From an uncultured Fibrobacterales bacterium (GTDB taxonomy: Bacteria > Fibrobacterota > Fibrobacteria > Fibrobacterales > CAWVXU01): a stretch of DNA of 41,072 nucleotides. The stretch is taken from NCBI GenBank assembly GCA_963934255.1, contig CAWVXU010000015.1, positions 1 to 41,072 of the forward strand, given 5' to 3'. Every line of letters starts with the position of its first letter. Position 1 is the first letter of the stretch. The translations under genes were made by a program, and so were the position numbers. Shown here one piece after another: positions 32,564 through 41,072 of this stretch. The notes under the pieces were generated by a model. That model saw only the letters and a list, made by a program, of their open reading frames with translations. It did no database searches and had not been told where the DNA came from.

Positions 32564-33703
32564 TTATTGAAATAAGTCTAGTTGAACTTTTTCATCTGAT
32601 TGAAATTTAATTCCTAAACCGAGTAATCGTACACCTTCTTCTTTACGAGTTAGGGCTTCTGACATTAAATTGATGAAAATTTGAGAATCGACCTCATGCC
32701 ATTTTTGTTCCTTGGTAGTTTGTTCGAAGTTCGCGAACTTTACTTTGACAACCAAAGACCCAATCAATGGCTTTTTGTTTCCTTTCAATTTCTCTTTTTG
32801 ATGAAATTTAGCAAGCCTAACAAGAAGTGCTCCGTAGAGATCTAGAAGCAGTTTCTTCTTAATTTGATTTCGAGCAACATCCACTTCAAAGGTCCGCTCA
32901 ACACTGATGCTCTTTCTTTCTCGATGTGGAGTGACAATACTATTATCAACGCCCCGAGCATAGCCGTGAAGAGAGCGACCCATTTTACCGAATTGATTTT
33001 CAAGATCAAATTTGGTCCATTTTTGTACATCACCACAGGTATATATCCCTGCTTTAGCTAGAATCTGTGTGCTTTTCTTACCAATTCCCCATATTTTACT
33101 CACAGAAAGTGAAGGCATAAATTCTGGTATTTGAGCCGGAGTCAAAACATATTGACCATTAGGCTTGTGAAGCTCACTACATATTTTGGCCAAAAATTTA
33201 TTGGGAGCAATACCAGCAGAAGCAGTCAGCTTAGTTTCTTCAAAAACAGACTTTCGAATATCTTCAGCTATCAGCGTTGCGCTGCCACCAAATAATTGAC
33301 AATTACTGACATCAAGGTAAGCTTCGTCTAGAGAAATAGTCTCAATCAAGTCTGTATAACGCTCGTAGACCTTAAAAATCTTTGCGCTCACCTCTTTGTA
33401 TAATTCCATCCGAACCGGCAGTATGATAAGCTCGGGACAAAGCTGAAGCGCCTTTTTGTTGGACATGGCACTCTTGACTCCAAATTGACGAGCCACATAA
33501 TTACAAGTGGTTAAAACCCCACGAGTATAATTACCACCCACGGCAATGGGTTTTTCAATATATTGCGGGTAATCCAATAATTCAACCGACGCATAAAAAC
33601 TATCCATATCGACATGAATAATTTTTTTTGCGAGTTGTTGATCTTTAGAAGCAGTGCCGGCTTGACGAGGCTGACTTTTGCTTAACTCTAATTTCTCAGT
33701 CAT
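32564..33703 (-). CDS. dinB: DNA polymerase IV
   Basis: IIHVDMDSFYASVE, CNYVARQFGV.SAM, SLDEAYLDV, NKFLAK, KPNG and RLLGL. Confidence 0.96.
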   Translation of the reverse strand: MTEKLELSKSQPRQAGTASKDQQLAKKIIHVDMDSFYASVELLDYPQYIEKPIAVGGNYTRGVLTTCNYVARQFGVKSAMSNKKALQLCPELIILPVRMELYKEVSAKIFKVYERYTDLIETISLDEAYLDVSNCQLFGGSATLIAEDIRKSVFEETKLTASAGIAPNKFLAKICSELHKPNGQYVLTPAQIPEFMPSLSVSKIWGIGKKSTQILAKAGIYTCGDVQKWTKFDLENQFGKMGRSLHGYARGVDNSIVTPHRERKSISVERTFEVDVARNQIKKKLLLDLYGALLVRLAKFHQKEKLKGNKKPLIGSLVVKVKFANFEQTTKEQKWHEVDSQIFINLMSEALTRKEEGVRLLGLGIKFQSDEKVQLDLFQ

Positions 33704-33720
33704 TATTTTGAGGAACTGAC

Positions 33721-35382
33721 TTAAATATTTTTATTAATGTAATCAATAAGTTGGTTGGTACTTGGGTCATGCTCATTGACCCTACGACCTGAAGTCAAAT
33801 CATCAAGTACCGGTTTGGCGAGTTGCTTGCCTAACTCAACACCATATTGATCAAACGAGTTGACTTGCCAAATAACACCTTGGATAAATATTTTTTGCTC
33901 GTATAGAGCAATTAAACTTCCAAGGGTTTTTGCATTTAATTCATTTAACAAAATAGTCGTCGTCGGATGGTTACCCTTGAAAACTTTGTGAACAGCGAGG
34001 TCTTCTGCTACTTTTTTATTCTTGTCAGTTTGACCTGTGGTCATAATTTCAGCAAGCGCTTGATTGATAGTTTTTCCATTCATCAAAGCTTCTGTTTGAG
34101 CCAATAAGTTGGCAAGTAGCTTGTGATGATGACCGATTAAATCATGCTTAGGAGTGACAAAGCCAATAAAATCACTAGAGATTTTTTTCGTCCCCTGATG
34201 AATTAATTGAAAAAATGCATGCTGACCATTGGTCCCGGCTTTACCCCAAACAATCGGACCTGTATTCCAATCAACTGCTTGACCATAGATAGTCGTACCT
34301 TTACCATTTGACTCCATATCTAATTGCTGTAGAAATGCCGGAAATTCAGCTAAATGCTCAGAGTACGGCAAAATGGCATGGCTTTCCCATTCCAATATGT
34401 TATTGTACCAAACGCCTATCACTGCCAAGAGAACGGGAAGGTTTTTTTCAAGTGGTGTTTCATGCAAGTGTTCATCCAGTTCACGAGCACCTTGATGAAG
34501 CTGCATCAATTGATCCCAACCAAGAGCAATTGCAACAGGAAGTCCAATAGCAGACCACATTGAAAAACGTCCGCCAACCCAGTCCCAAAATTCAAACATA
34601 TTGTCTAAATCAATACCAAACTTCGAAACTAAATCAGATGAAGTTGATAGCGCAATAAAATGATTGGCAATGACATCAGAGTTACCTTCATAATACTTGA
34701 TCACTGCAGCTTTAGCTGACTCAGCATTTGTCATAGTCTCTTGAGTGGTAAATGTTTTGGAAGCAACCACAAATAAAGTCTCTTCAATATTCACTTTTTT
34801 CAGAACATCAATAATATGGTGACCATCGACATTGGAAACAAAGTGCGCCTCAGGAAGGTCATCACTAGCAAAATTTTGCAATGCTTCAACCACCATTTTA
34901 GGACCTAAATCTGATCCACCTATTCCGATATTGACAATATATTTGACCGGCTTCCCTGAGAATCCGTTCCAATGACCTGAGTGGACTCGCTCAGTAAATT
35001 TTTGCATTTTGACGAGTACTTCAGCAACATCTTTGTGAACATCTTGTCCATCAACGATTAAACTACCAGGTTTTCCTTGAGCTCGAAGTGCAGTGTGAAG
35101 TGCGGCTCGATCTTCTGTATTGTTAATATGAGCACCATCAAATTGTTCTTCTAACTTTTCTTTAAAACCAGAGGCTCTAAGAAGGTCAATCAAAAGTTCC
35201 ATTGTTTTGGGCTCGACCAAATTTTTGGAGTAATCCACAAAAAAATCACATGCCTCAAGAGACATCTTAGCAGCTCTTTTCGGGTCAACTTGAAATGCTT
35301 TTCTTACGTCAAAGTCTAACATTTCTTCTTTATGGGCTATTAATGCATGGTATGCATCTAAATCAACTAATCTTGAAACCAT
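33721..35382 (-). CDS. pgi: Glucose-6-phosphate isomerase
   Basis: IGIGGSDLGP, ASKTFTTQET, DWVGGRFS.WSA, QQLDMESNGK and NSFDQYGVELGK. Confidence 0.98.
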   Translation of the reverse strand: MVSRLVDLDAYHALIAHKEEMLDFDVRKAFQVDPKRAAKMSLEACDFFVDYSKNLVEPKTMELLIDLLRASGFKEKLEEQFDGAHINNTEDRAALHTALRAQGKPGSLIVDGQDVHKDVAEVLVKMQKFTERVHSGHWNGFSGKPVKYIVNIGIGGSDLGPKMVVEALQNFASDDLPEAHFVSNVDGHHIIDVLKKVNIEETLFVVASKTFTTQETMTNAESAKAAVIKYYEGNSDVIANHFIALSTSSDLVSKFGIDLDNMFEFWDWVGGRFSMWSAIGLPVAIALGWDQLMQLHQGARELDEHLHETPLEKNLPVLLAVIGVWYNNILEWESHAILPYSEHLAEFPAFLQQLDMESNGKGTTIYGQAVDWNTGPIVWGKAGTNGQHAFFQLIHQGTKKISSDFIGFVTPKHDLIGHHHKLLANLLAQTEALMNGKTINQALAEIMTTGQTDKNKKVAEDLAVHKVFKGNHPTTTILLNELNAKTLGSLIALYEQKIFIQGVIWQVNSFDQYGVELGKQLAKPVLDDLTSGRRVNEHDPSTNQLIDYINKNI

Positions 35383-37385
35383 TTCTGACCCTCAGATAAA
35401 AATTTTTCTTTGAGGACGAGATAATCACGCCCCATATATACACTCATGATAGACTCACGATAATCATAACCGAAACTTCTTCTACTTAAAGCAATAATGG
35501 TGGGAGCTTGAACCCGCTTCACCACACCCATTCCTTTAAACAGCCGCCACCATCGCTCTAAATCCTCAATAAATTCATCCGCAGTACTAAAATAATTATC
35601 TATTGGCTGAGGTAGAGATAAAAATGAATTTAACTCACCTTTAATTGCAAATAGAAGGATTTCACTAGGATTTGAACGATTCCAACGCTGTATCCATGAA
35701 TGAAAAAGCTTGTCATGGTATTCATAAATAAGGGGATCCCCCAAACCAGCATTAACATCCTGCTTATCCGAGAGCTCCGCTGAAGGTGGGATTTCAAAAA
35801 CCTTTGGAGGAATGATCGAGGTGGATTTGGAGAATGAATGATGACGATGATTCAATAAATGACACATCTCAAAAACTTCATCTTTCCAAAGATCACCGAT
35901 CGGCAGTATAAATCCACCATGGTCTCCATACAGAGTTGAATAACCTACCATTGTTTCAGCTTTATTAGCATTGGAAGGATAAACACCACCAACAGAACTA
36001 GCTATAGCACTGAGAATTCTTGAACTTCGATCTCTCGCCTGAACATTTTCAAGATGAAAAGAAGAGAGCTTTAATACTTGGGACTCGCCTTCTCGATGAA
36101 TTTCTAATCCATCAATCTGACTTTTAGTTAAAGTCACCGAATCTTCAATAGGAACTTCCATATACCAGGCGCCAATATTAGCCGCGAGTTCTTTTGCAAT
36201 AGAAATGGTCGTTTGACTATTATACTGACTTGGCATATTGACTAAAAAGATATCTTCAGGTGCTAAAATTTGAGCAAATAGAGCAGCACTTAGGCAAGAA
36301 TCAACTCCCCCACTTGCGCCAATAACCACGCGCTTGAGACCTGACTGAGCCATGTGGGTTTTAAGAGAGTAGATGATTGCGTCTAATTTATGCTCTATAG
36401 TTTCAGCCTCAAAGGGTGCAGAAACTAATTTGGACCCAACAAGTGAAAAGGCTTGATTTTGAACTTGGGCTTGGGCTGATGCTGGGAAATCATAGGACTC
36501 AACTCCCTCGTGCCATGCGTCAAGCTCTGTAAAAACTTCTAAATCAGGAGTATAAAAGGCACTGCGACCATCAAACGAAAACAAGGTTTTTCCGTTATTT
36601 TGTATACCCACATTGTTCACATAAGCCACTGGAACTTGATACTCTTTAGCATGATCTAATAATAACCTATTGCGCTTTTGAAATTTATCATGGGTATAAG
36701 GCGAGCAACTTAGATTGATGAGAAGCTTTGCACCTTTCTTACAATAGACCTCACTTGGACTTTGAGAATAATCATTATCCCAAGAATCTTCACAAAGAAT
36801 TGGGGCAATCGTCAAAGTTCGCTTGGTAACTTCTGCGTCGGAATTATCTACTGATGAATTCCAAGACAAACTGACAGGAGCCAGGAGGCTAGACCATTCT
36901 TGACTCTCTTCCCAAGCAAACTTTCTTAGATCATAAAAATATCGTGAATCATCAAATTCTCGATAATTGGGCATTAAACTTTTAGGGAAATGATTCTGTG
37001 AGATCATTTTATTTTGAATCCACTGTCCATTTTGCGAAATCATCGCAGAATTATAACGACGCAGACGACCATCTTCACCAGTCTTATTTTCGTCTAAATA
37101 TACACTGCCAAATATGAGGACACAATCACTTGTCATATCACACAGCTCTTGAGCAAATGACATACAATCTTTTAAAAAATGTAAATCTTCCCAAAGATCT
37201 GAGATCAAGTATCCAGAAAGACACATTTCAGGAAAAACAATGATGTCGCAATCGGTGTGATTCTCCAAGTACCAGCTCTGTATTTTGGTAAAATTCAGAT
37301 CAGGTCGACCAGGAATCACTTCCATTTGAGCAAGTTTTAAACGAATTGAATACGGCTTCTCTTCAGAAATCAACGTTGACTCCAT
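35367..37385 (-). CDS. nadE: Glutamine-dependent NAD+ synthetase
   Basis: Nitrilase domain FPEMCLSGY / K.LMPNYREFDD / CED, plus synthetase motifs SGGVDS, ENVQAR, GYSTLYGD and PPSAEL. Confidence 0.95.
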   Translation of the reverse strand: MESTLISEEKPYSIRLKLAQMEVIPGRPDLNFTKIQSWYLENHTDCDIIVFPEMCLSGYLISDLWEDLHFLKDCMSFAQELCDMTSDCVLIFGSVYLDENKTGEDGRLRRYNSAMISQNGQWIQNKMISQNHFPKSLMPNYREFDDSRYFYDLRKFAWEESQEWSSLLAPVSLSWNSSVDNSDAEVTKRTLTIAPILCEDSWDNDYSQSPSEVYCKKGAKLLINLSCSPYTHDKFQKRNRLLLDHAKEYQVPVAYVNNVGIQNNGKTLFSFDGRSAFYTPDLEVFTELDAWHEGVESYDFPASAQAQVQNQAFSLVGSKLVSAPFEAETIEHKLDAIIYSLKTHMAQSGLKRVVIGASGGVDSCLSAALFAQILAPEDIFLVNMPSQYNSQTTISIAKELAANIGAWYMEVPIEDSVTLTKSQIDGLEIHREGESQVLKLSSFHLENVQARDRSSRILSAIASSVGGVYPSNANKAETMVGYSTLYGDHGGFILPIGDLWKDEVFEMCHLLNHRHHSFSKSTSIIPPKVFEIPPSAELSDKQDVNAGLGDPLIYEYHDKLFHSWIQRWNRSNPSEILLFAIKGELNSFLSLPQPIDNYFSTADEFIEDLERWWRLFKGMGVVKRVQAPTIIALSRRSFGYDYRESIMSVYMGRDYLVLKEKFLSEGQKWFQD

Positions 37386-38083
37386 TTTAAACTTTCATAC
37401 ATCAAAATGGCAAGTATACTTTTAGAATCCTGTAAGTGAACTTTAGCAGCGGAAATCGGCATCATTTCTACCCTGATAAATTCATTTTCATGTTCATTTT
37501 GACGAATAGCACCTTGTAACAACTCAATGTCACCGGCCTCCATACTCCTTTCATAGAGATAAAAAGCCAAACTCTCATCAGAAATCCCTACTGAAGTATA
37601 GAGTCGTGAATGTACCGAACCAAAGTCATTTAATAGGTCTTTTAATTGATGTAATTCAACATCTAAGCCTGTTTCTTCTTTTAATTCTTTGGCAGCTAAC
37701 TCTTTAAGAGAGACATCAACATCTAATATGCCGGCGGGTATTTCTAAATTGCCTAATATACCGGGCCCTAATCTTGCTTGTCGCACCAGTACGACATAAG
37801 GTTCGTCTTCTGTGTACAGTATAGGTAAAACACATACTGCAGGACCTCGTAATAAGACTATTCCGGGTAACTTGTGACCTTCGGCGTCCTTAGCATCCAC
37901 AATAAATTTGATGAAAAGCGGACGTGGAATACCATTTCTATAAATGAAATCCACCGATTGAAACTCAATTGAGCTAATATCAATCCCGTCTTGTAGATTA
38001 TTTAACCATTCAAGATAAAACGTTGAATTCAAGATACAATCACGTTGAGCTTGGTCTAAATCAAATGAAAATTGGATTTCCAT
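37370..38083 (-). CDS. Nudix hydrolase, ADP-sugar pyrophosphatase-like
   Basis: QSVDF, LFIK, PGIVLLRGPAV and Nudix box EIPAGILD...AAKELKEETGL. ATG at 38083 after GGGGA. Confidence 0.85.
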   Translation of the reverse strand: MEIQFSFDLDQAQRDCILNSTFYLEWLNNLQDGIDISSIEFQSVDFIYRNGIPRPLFIKFIVDAKDAEGHKLPGIVLLRGPAVCVLPILYTEDEPYVVLVRQARLGPGILGNLEIPAGILDVDVSLKELAAKELKEETGLDVELHQLKDLLNDFGSVHSRLYTSVGISDESLAFYLYERSMEAGDIELLQGAIRQNEHENEFIRVEMMPISAAKVHLQDSKSILAILMYESLKWSQR

Positions 38084-38139
38084 AGATTCCCCCTTTTGAA
38101 TCATCACTATATAAAAGTAGAATTCTATATTTAAAGCAA

Positions 38140-39174
38140 ATGAAGTATCGTAGAAAACTTTTCGTACTATTCCTGGCTGTGCTATTTACTTTAGCATTTC
38201 GCGGATGGAATCAATATCGTGCAGCCAATCACAGCGCTTGGCACAATGCAAGTTGGCAGAGCCTATGGACTACAATTAACTTCAAGGCTCAAGTTGATTC
38301 AGTCCAATATCATGACTTATGTGATAGTATTTCAATTAAATACGAGCAATTTTCCAACAAATTTCAAAGCCGGTCTCGCCTAGACAGTCTATTTTATCAA
38401 GCCTCAAAAGGTGATACACTAAAAGTTGATCCAGAGGAATATGCTCTTTTATCCTATGCACACAAGGCATTTGAGCTTACAAAGCAGTCAATTAACCCAG
38501 GTATAGGTAATTTAATTGCCCACTATGGACTTGAATACGGACAAACCAAAAAAGTGCCACATGACTCAGTTCTTATAAAAGAAAAAGAACTACTAAAAAC
38601 TCTACCTTATAAATTATTATCAAATAACTCAATTCAGATTCTGCAAGAACATCGCCATCTTGCTCTGGGTTCCTTTTCAAAAGGTTACGCACTTGAATGG
38701 TCTAGGAAGCTCTTACTCCGTAAAAACATTCAAAATTTTTGGCTAGAAATCGGAGGCGACCTAGTTGTCAATGGAGTATCTATTAAGGGACTCCCTTGGA
38801 GAGCTGGGATTCAAAACCCATTCACTGAAGGCCAACTTCAAGGTATACTCAGCTTAGAAGATACCACATTCAAATCATTAGCTACTTCAGGCAGGTACCA
38901 ACAATTCTTTATCGACTCGCTCGGTCAACAACATCACCACATCTTAGACCCCAAAACAGCTAAAAGTGCCTCTGGTAAAGCTTCAGTATCAGTTATTGCT
39001 TCAAATGGTTTAGATGCTGATCTTTGGGCCACAGCACTCTTTATTCTTCCTCTTAAAGCTGGACAAGAAATCCTGAAATCCAACCCATATATCGCAGCTT
39101 TTTACATATTTGATGATAGTACGACTTGGAAAAGTTCAAAATTTACTCATTACACTCCAACGGTAAGCCCATGA
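38140..39174 (+). CDS. apbE: FAD:protein FMN transferase
   Basis: N-terminal TM/signal sequence, LGSFSKGYA, EIGGD, WRAGIQNP, ATSGRY, HHILDPKT and ADLWATA. Confidence 0.92.
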   Translation: MKYRRKLFVLFLAVLFTLAFRGWNQYRAANHSAWHNASWQSLWTTINFKAQVDSVQYHDLCDSISIKYEQFSNKFQSRSRLDSLFYQASKGDTLKVDPEEYALLSYAHKAFELTKQSINPGIGNLIAHYGLEYGQTKKVPHDSVLIKEKELLKTLPYKLLSNNSIQILQEHRHLALGSFSKGYALEWSRKLLLRKNIQNFWLEIGGDLVVNGVSIKGLPWRAGIQNPFTEGQLQGILSLEDTTFKSLATSGRYQQFFIDSLGQQHHHILDPKTAKSASGKASVSVIASNGLDADLWATALFILPLKAGQEILKSNPYIAAFYIFDDSTTWKSSKFTHYTPTVSP

Positions 39175-39944
39175 TTATTTTACTCTCCCCTGCCAAATCT
39201 TTAGATTACGAAAGTGAAATTCCTCACTCTCCAATAACACCCCCTCGATTTGTCAATGACACACAAGATTTAGTTAACCTTCTGCGCGAACTCAACGCAA
39301 ATGACATTGCTAAACTGATGAATGTCTCTGAGAAAATTTCCATATTGAATCAAGAACGTTTTGAGGACTGGACTCCTGAGTTTAATCAAGAAAACTCCCG
39401 TCCGAGTATCTATGCTTTTAATGGTGATGTATACACTGGACTTGATGCCATCAGTCTCTCAAAGACTCAAATCAACTTTGCTCAAAAAAGTATTCGCATA
39501 CTCAGTGGTTTATATGGTCTTTTAAGTCCACTAGATTCCTTACAAGCCTATCGTCTAGAAATGGGAACCCGCTTCACCAATCAACGCGGCAAAAACCTTT
39601 ACGAATTTTGGGGCAGCCAAATAACTGATGCTCTCAACCAAGATATTCAATCAACTCAGTCTCAAGCACTAATCCAATTAGCATCAAATGAATATTCGGC
39701 TTCTGTACAATTAAAAAACATCAGCGCACCTGTAATTACGCCCATTTTTAAAGACACCAAGAATGGTAAACTAAAAATTATCTCTTTCTATGCAAAGAAA
39801 GCTCGTGGCCTGATGGCAAGATATATTATCGAAAATAAAATTAAAGATCCAGAAGATTTAAAAAACTTTGATGTCAGTGGATATCAATATGTGCCAGAAC
39901 TTTCCACACCAAATGAGTGGACCTTTACCCGGGGAGAACAATAA
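39171..39944 (+). CDS. yaaA: Peroxide stress protein YaaA
   Basis: MIILLSPAKSLD, FNGDVY.GL, ILSGLYG, YRLEMG, LASNEY and SFYAKKARG. ATGA overlap with apbE. Confidence 0.95.
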   Translation: MIILLSPAKSLDYESEIPHSPITPPRFVNDTQDLVNLLRELNANDIAKLMNVSEKISILNQERFEDWTPEFNQENSRPSIYAFNGDVYTGLDAISLSKTQINFAQKSIRILSGLYGLLSPLDSLQAYRLEMGTRFTNQRGKNLYEFWGSQITDALNQDIQSTQSQALIQLASNEYSASVQLKNISAPVITPIFKDTKNGKLKIISFYAKKARGLMARYIIENKIKDPEDLKNFDVSGYQYVPELSTPNEWTFTRGEQ

Positions 39945-41072
39945 TGCCACAAACAGTAAAAAATCTAGAGAAATTTGACCTGATTGTCATTGGCTGCGGA
40001 CCAGCGGGATATGCAGGTGCTATGCGTGCAATGGATATTGGTAAAAATGTCTGTATCATTGAAAAAAGTGAAATTGGCGGGGCTGGTGTTCTCTGGGGTG
40101 CGCTCACAAGCAAGTCACTTTGGGAATTATCTAAAGATTACGCAGGGGCCACGCAAACAGATCGTGGATATCGATCTACAAATGTTGAAGTGAGCTTTCC
40201 TGATGTTCAAAAAACGGTGCTAACAGCGGCCAAAGAAAAGCAATATCAAATGCTATCACAAATTGAATCTTTTCATCCTTCAAAAGGACAAGACGGTTCA
40301 ATTCAATATGTCCATGGTCAGGCCAAATTTGTGGATGACCATCACGTGGATGTTTTTCTCAATGAAGGCGGAGAGATTCGCCTAAAAGCTGATAACTTTT
40401 TAATTGCAACAGGTTCGCGACCGCGTCCGTTTCCTGGAATCCCCTTTGAAGATCGCAGAATCATTAATTCTTCTAGCCTCTTAAGTCTCAAGAAATTCCC
40501 TAAACGCCTTCTCATCGTTGGCGCTGGAATTATTGGTTGTGAGTATGCAACAATATTTTCCAATTTTAAGCAAACAGATGTTTACTTACTTGACCGAGCT
40601 GATAGGATTTTACCTTTTGAGGATAATGATATTTCAAACTTTATTGATAAAAATCTAGAAAGCAATGGTGTCAATATTTTTCACAATTCTACTCTAGCTG
40701 AAGTCAGACAAAAAGAGAATTCCATGGATGTGGTTATTAACAACGCAGATGGACATTGCGAAGTCCTAGAAGTTGATACTATACTTATGTCTATTGGCCG
40801 CATACCCAATACAGACCACCTCAACCTTGAAGCCATCGGAATTATACCTGATGAGTGCGGCATGCTCATTGGTGAGAATAATTCCAAACTAAAAGACCAT
40901 ATCTATGGTTCTGGAGACATAACACCGGGGGCCGCCCTAGTGAACATCGCAGAAATGGAAGCCCGTTTCTCAGTCAAAACGATGTACAATTTAGAACGAG
41001 TCCCCCTAGAATATCGCAACATGTCAACTATCATGTTCTTTAAGCCAGAAGTAGCAGCAGTCGGACTCAATG
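39944..41072 (+). CDS. Pyridine nucleotide-disulfide oxidoreductase family flavoprotein (SthA/LpdA-like), 3' truncated by the window end
   Basis: Not in the ORF track. ATG at 39944 (TAATG overlap) reads DLIVIGCGPAG, ATGSRPR, IVGAGIIGCEYA, SIGRIPN and GSGDI, and stays open to the window end. Confidence 0.9.
   Translation, partial: MPQTVKNLEKFDLIVIGCGPAGYAGAMRAMDIGKNVCIIEKSEIGGAGVLWGALTSKSLWELSKDYAGATQTDRGYRSTNVEVSFPDVQKTVLTAAKEKQYQMLSQIESFHPSKGQDGSIQYVHGQAKFVDDHHVDVFLNEGGEIRLKADNFLIATGSRPRPFPGIPFEDRRIINSSSLLSLKKFPKRLLIVGAGIIGCEYATIFSNFKQTDVYLLDRADRILPFEDNDISNFIDKNLESNGVNIFHNSTLAEVRQKENSMDVVINNADGHCEVLEVDTILMSIGRIPNTDHLNLEAIGIIPDECGMLIGENNSKLKDHIYGSGDITPGAALVNIAEMEARFSVKTMYNLERVPLEYRNMSTIMFFKPEVAAVGLN

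Noticed and set aside
39925..40887. Short ORFs listed at the window end
   Set aside because: They are shadows of the unlisted, open-ended oxidoreductase starting at 39944.

Overview
AT-rich, gene-dense bacterial chromosomal segment from a Gram-negative organism. The lineage is possibly FCB group, e.g. Fibrobacterota, but that is inference and unverified. Most genes are housekeeping: phosphomannomutase, hemB, hemW, ilvD, a sulfite/nitrite reductase, xth, queE, selO, class I fumarase, dinB, pgi, nadE, apbE and yaaA. It also carries a complete six-gene TonB2/TtpC-type energy transduction operon, an isolated TonB-dependent receptor followed by an IS3-family remnant, an isolated sigma54-type flgB, and two decayed gene remnants. 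The most striking signal is a secreted 664-aa coiled-coil protein (27330..29324) with 21 D-[S/T]-[L/I/T] motifs almost all locked to a 7-residue register. These match the Bacteroidota O-glycosylation sequon. The same motif is strongly enriched in the exported ApbE and nearly absent from the cytoplasmic enzymes I checked, which suggests a general protein O-glycosylation system with a dedicated heavily glycosylated rod. Other oddities are a perfect 28-bp inverted duplication of a gene 3' end, a Nudix gene lacking a canonical start before its first conserved strand, and a disulfide-reductase-family flavoprotein lacking both redox cysteines. No rRNA, tRNA or CRISPR array was seen.
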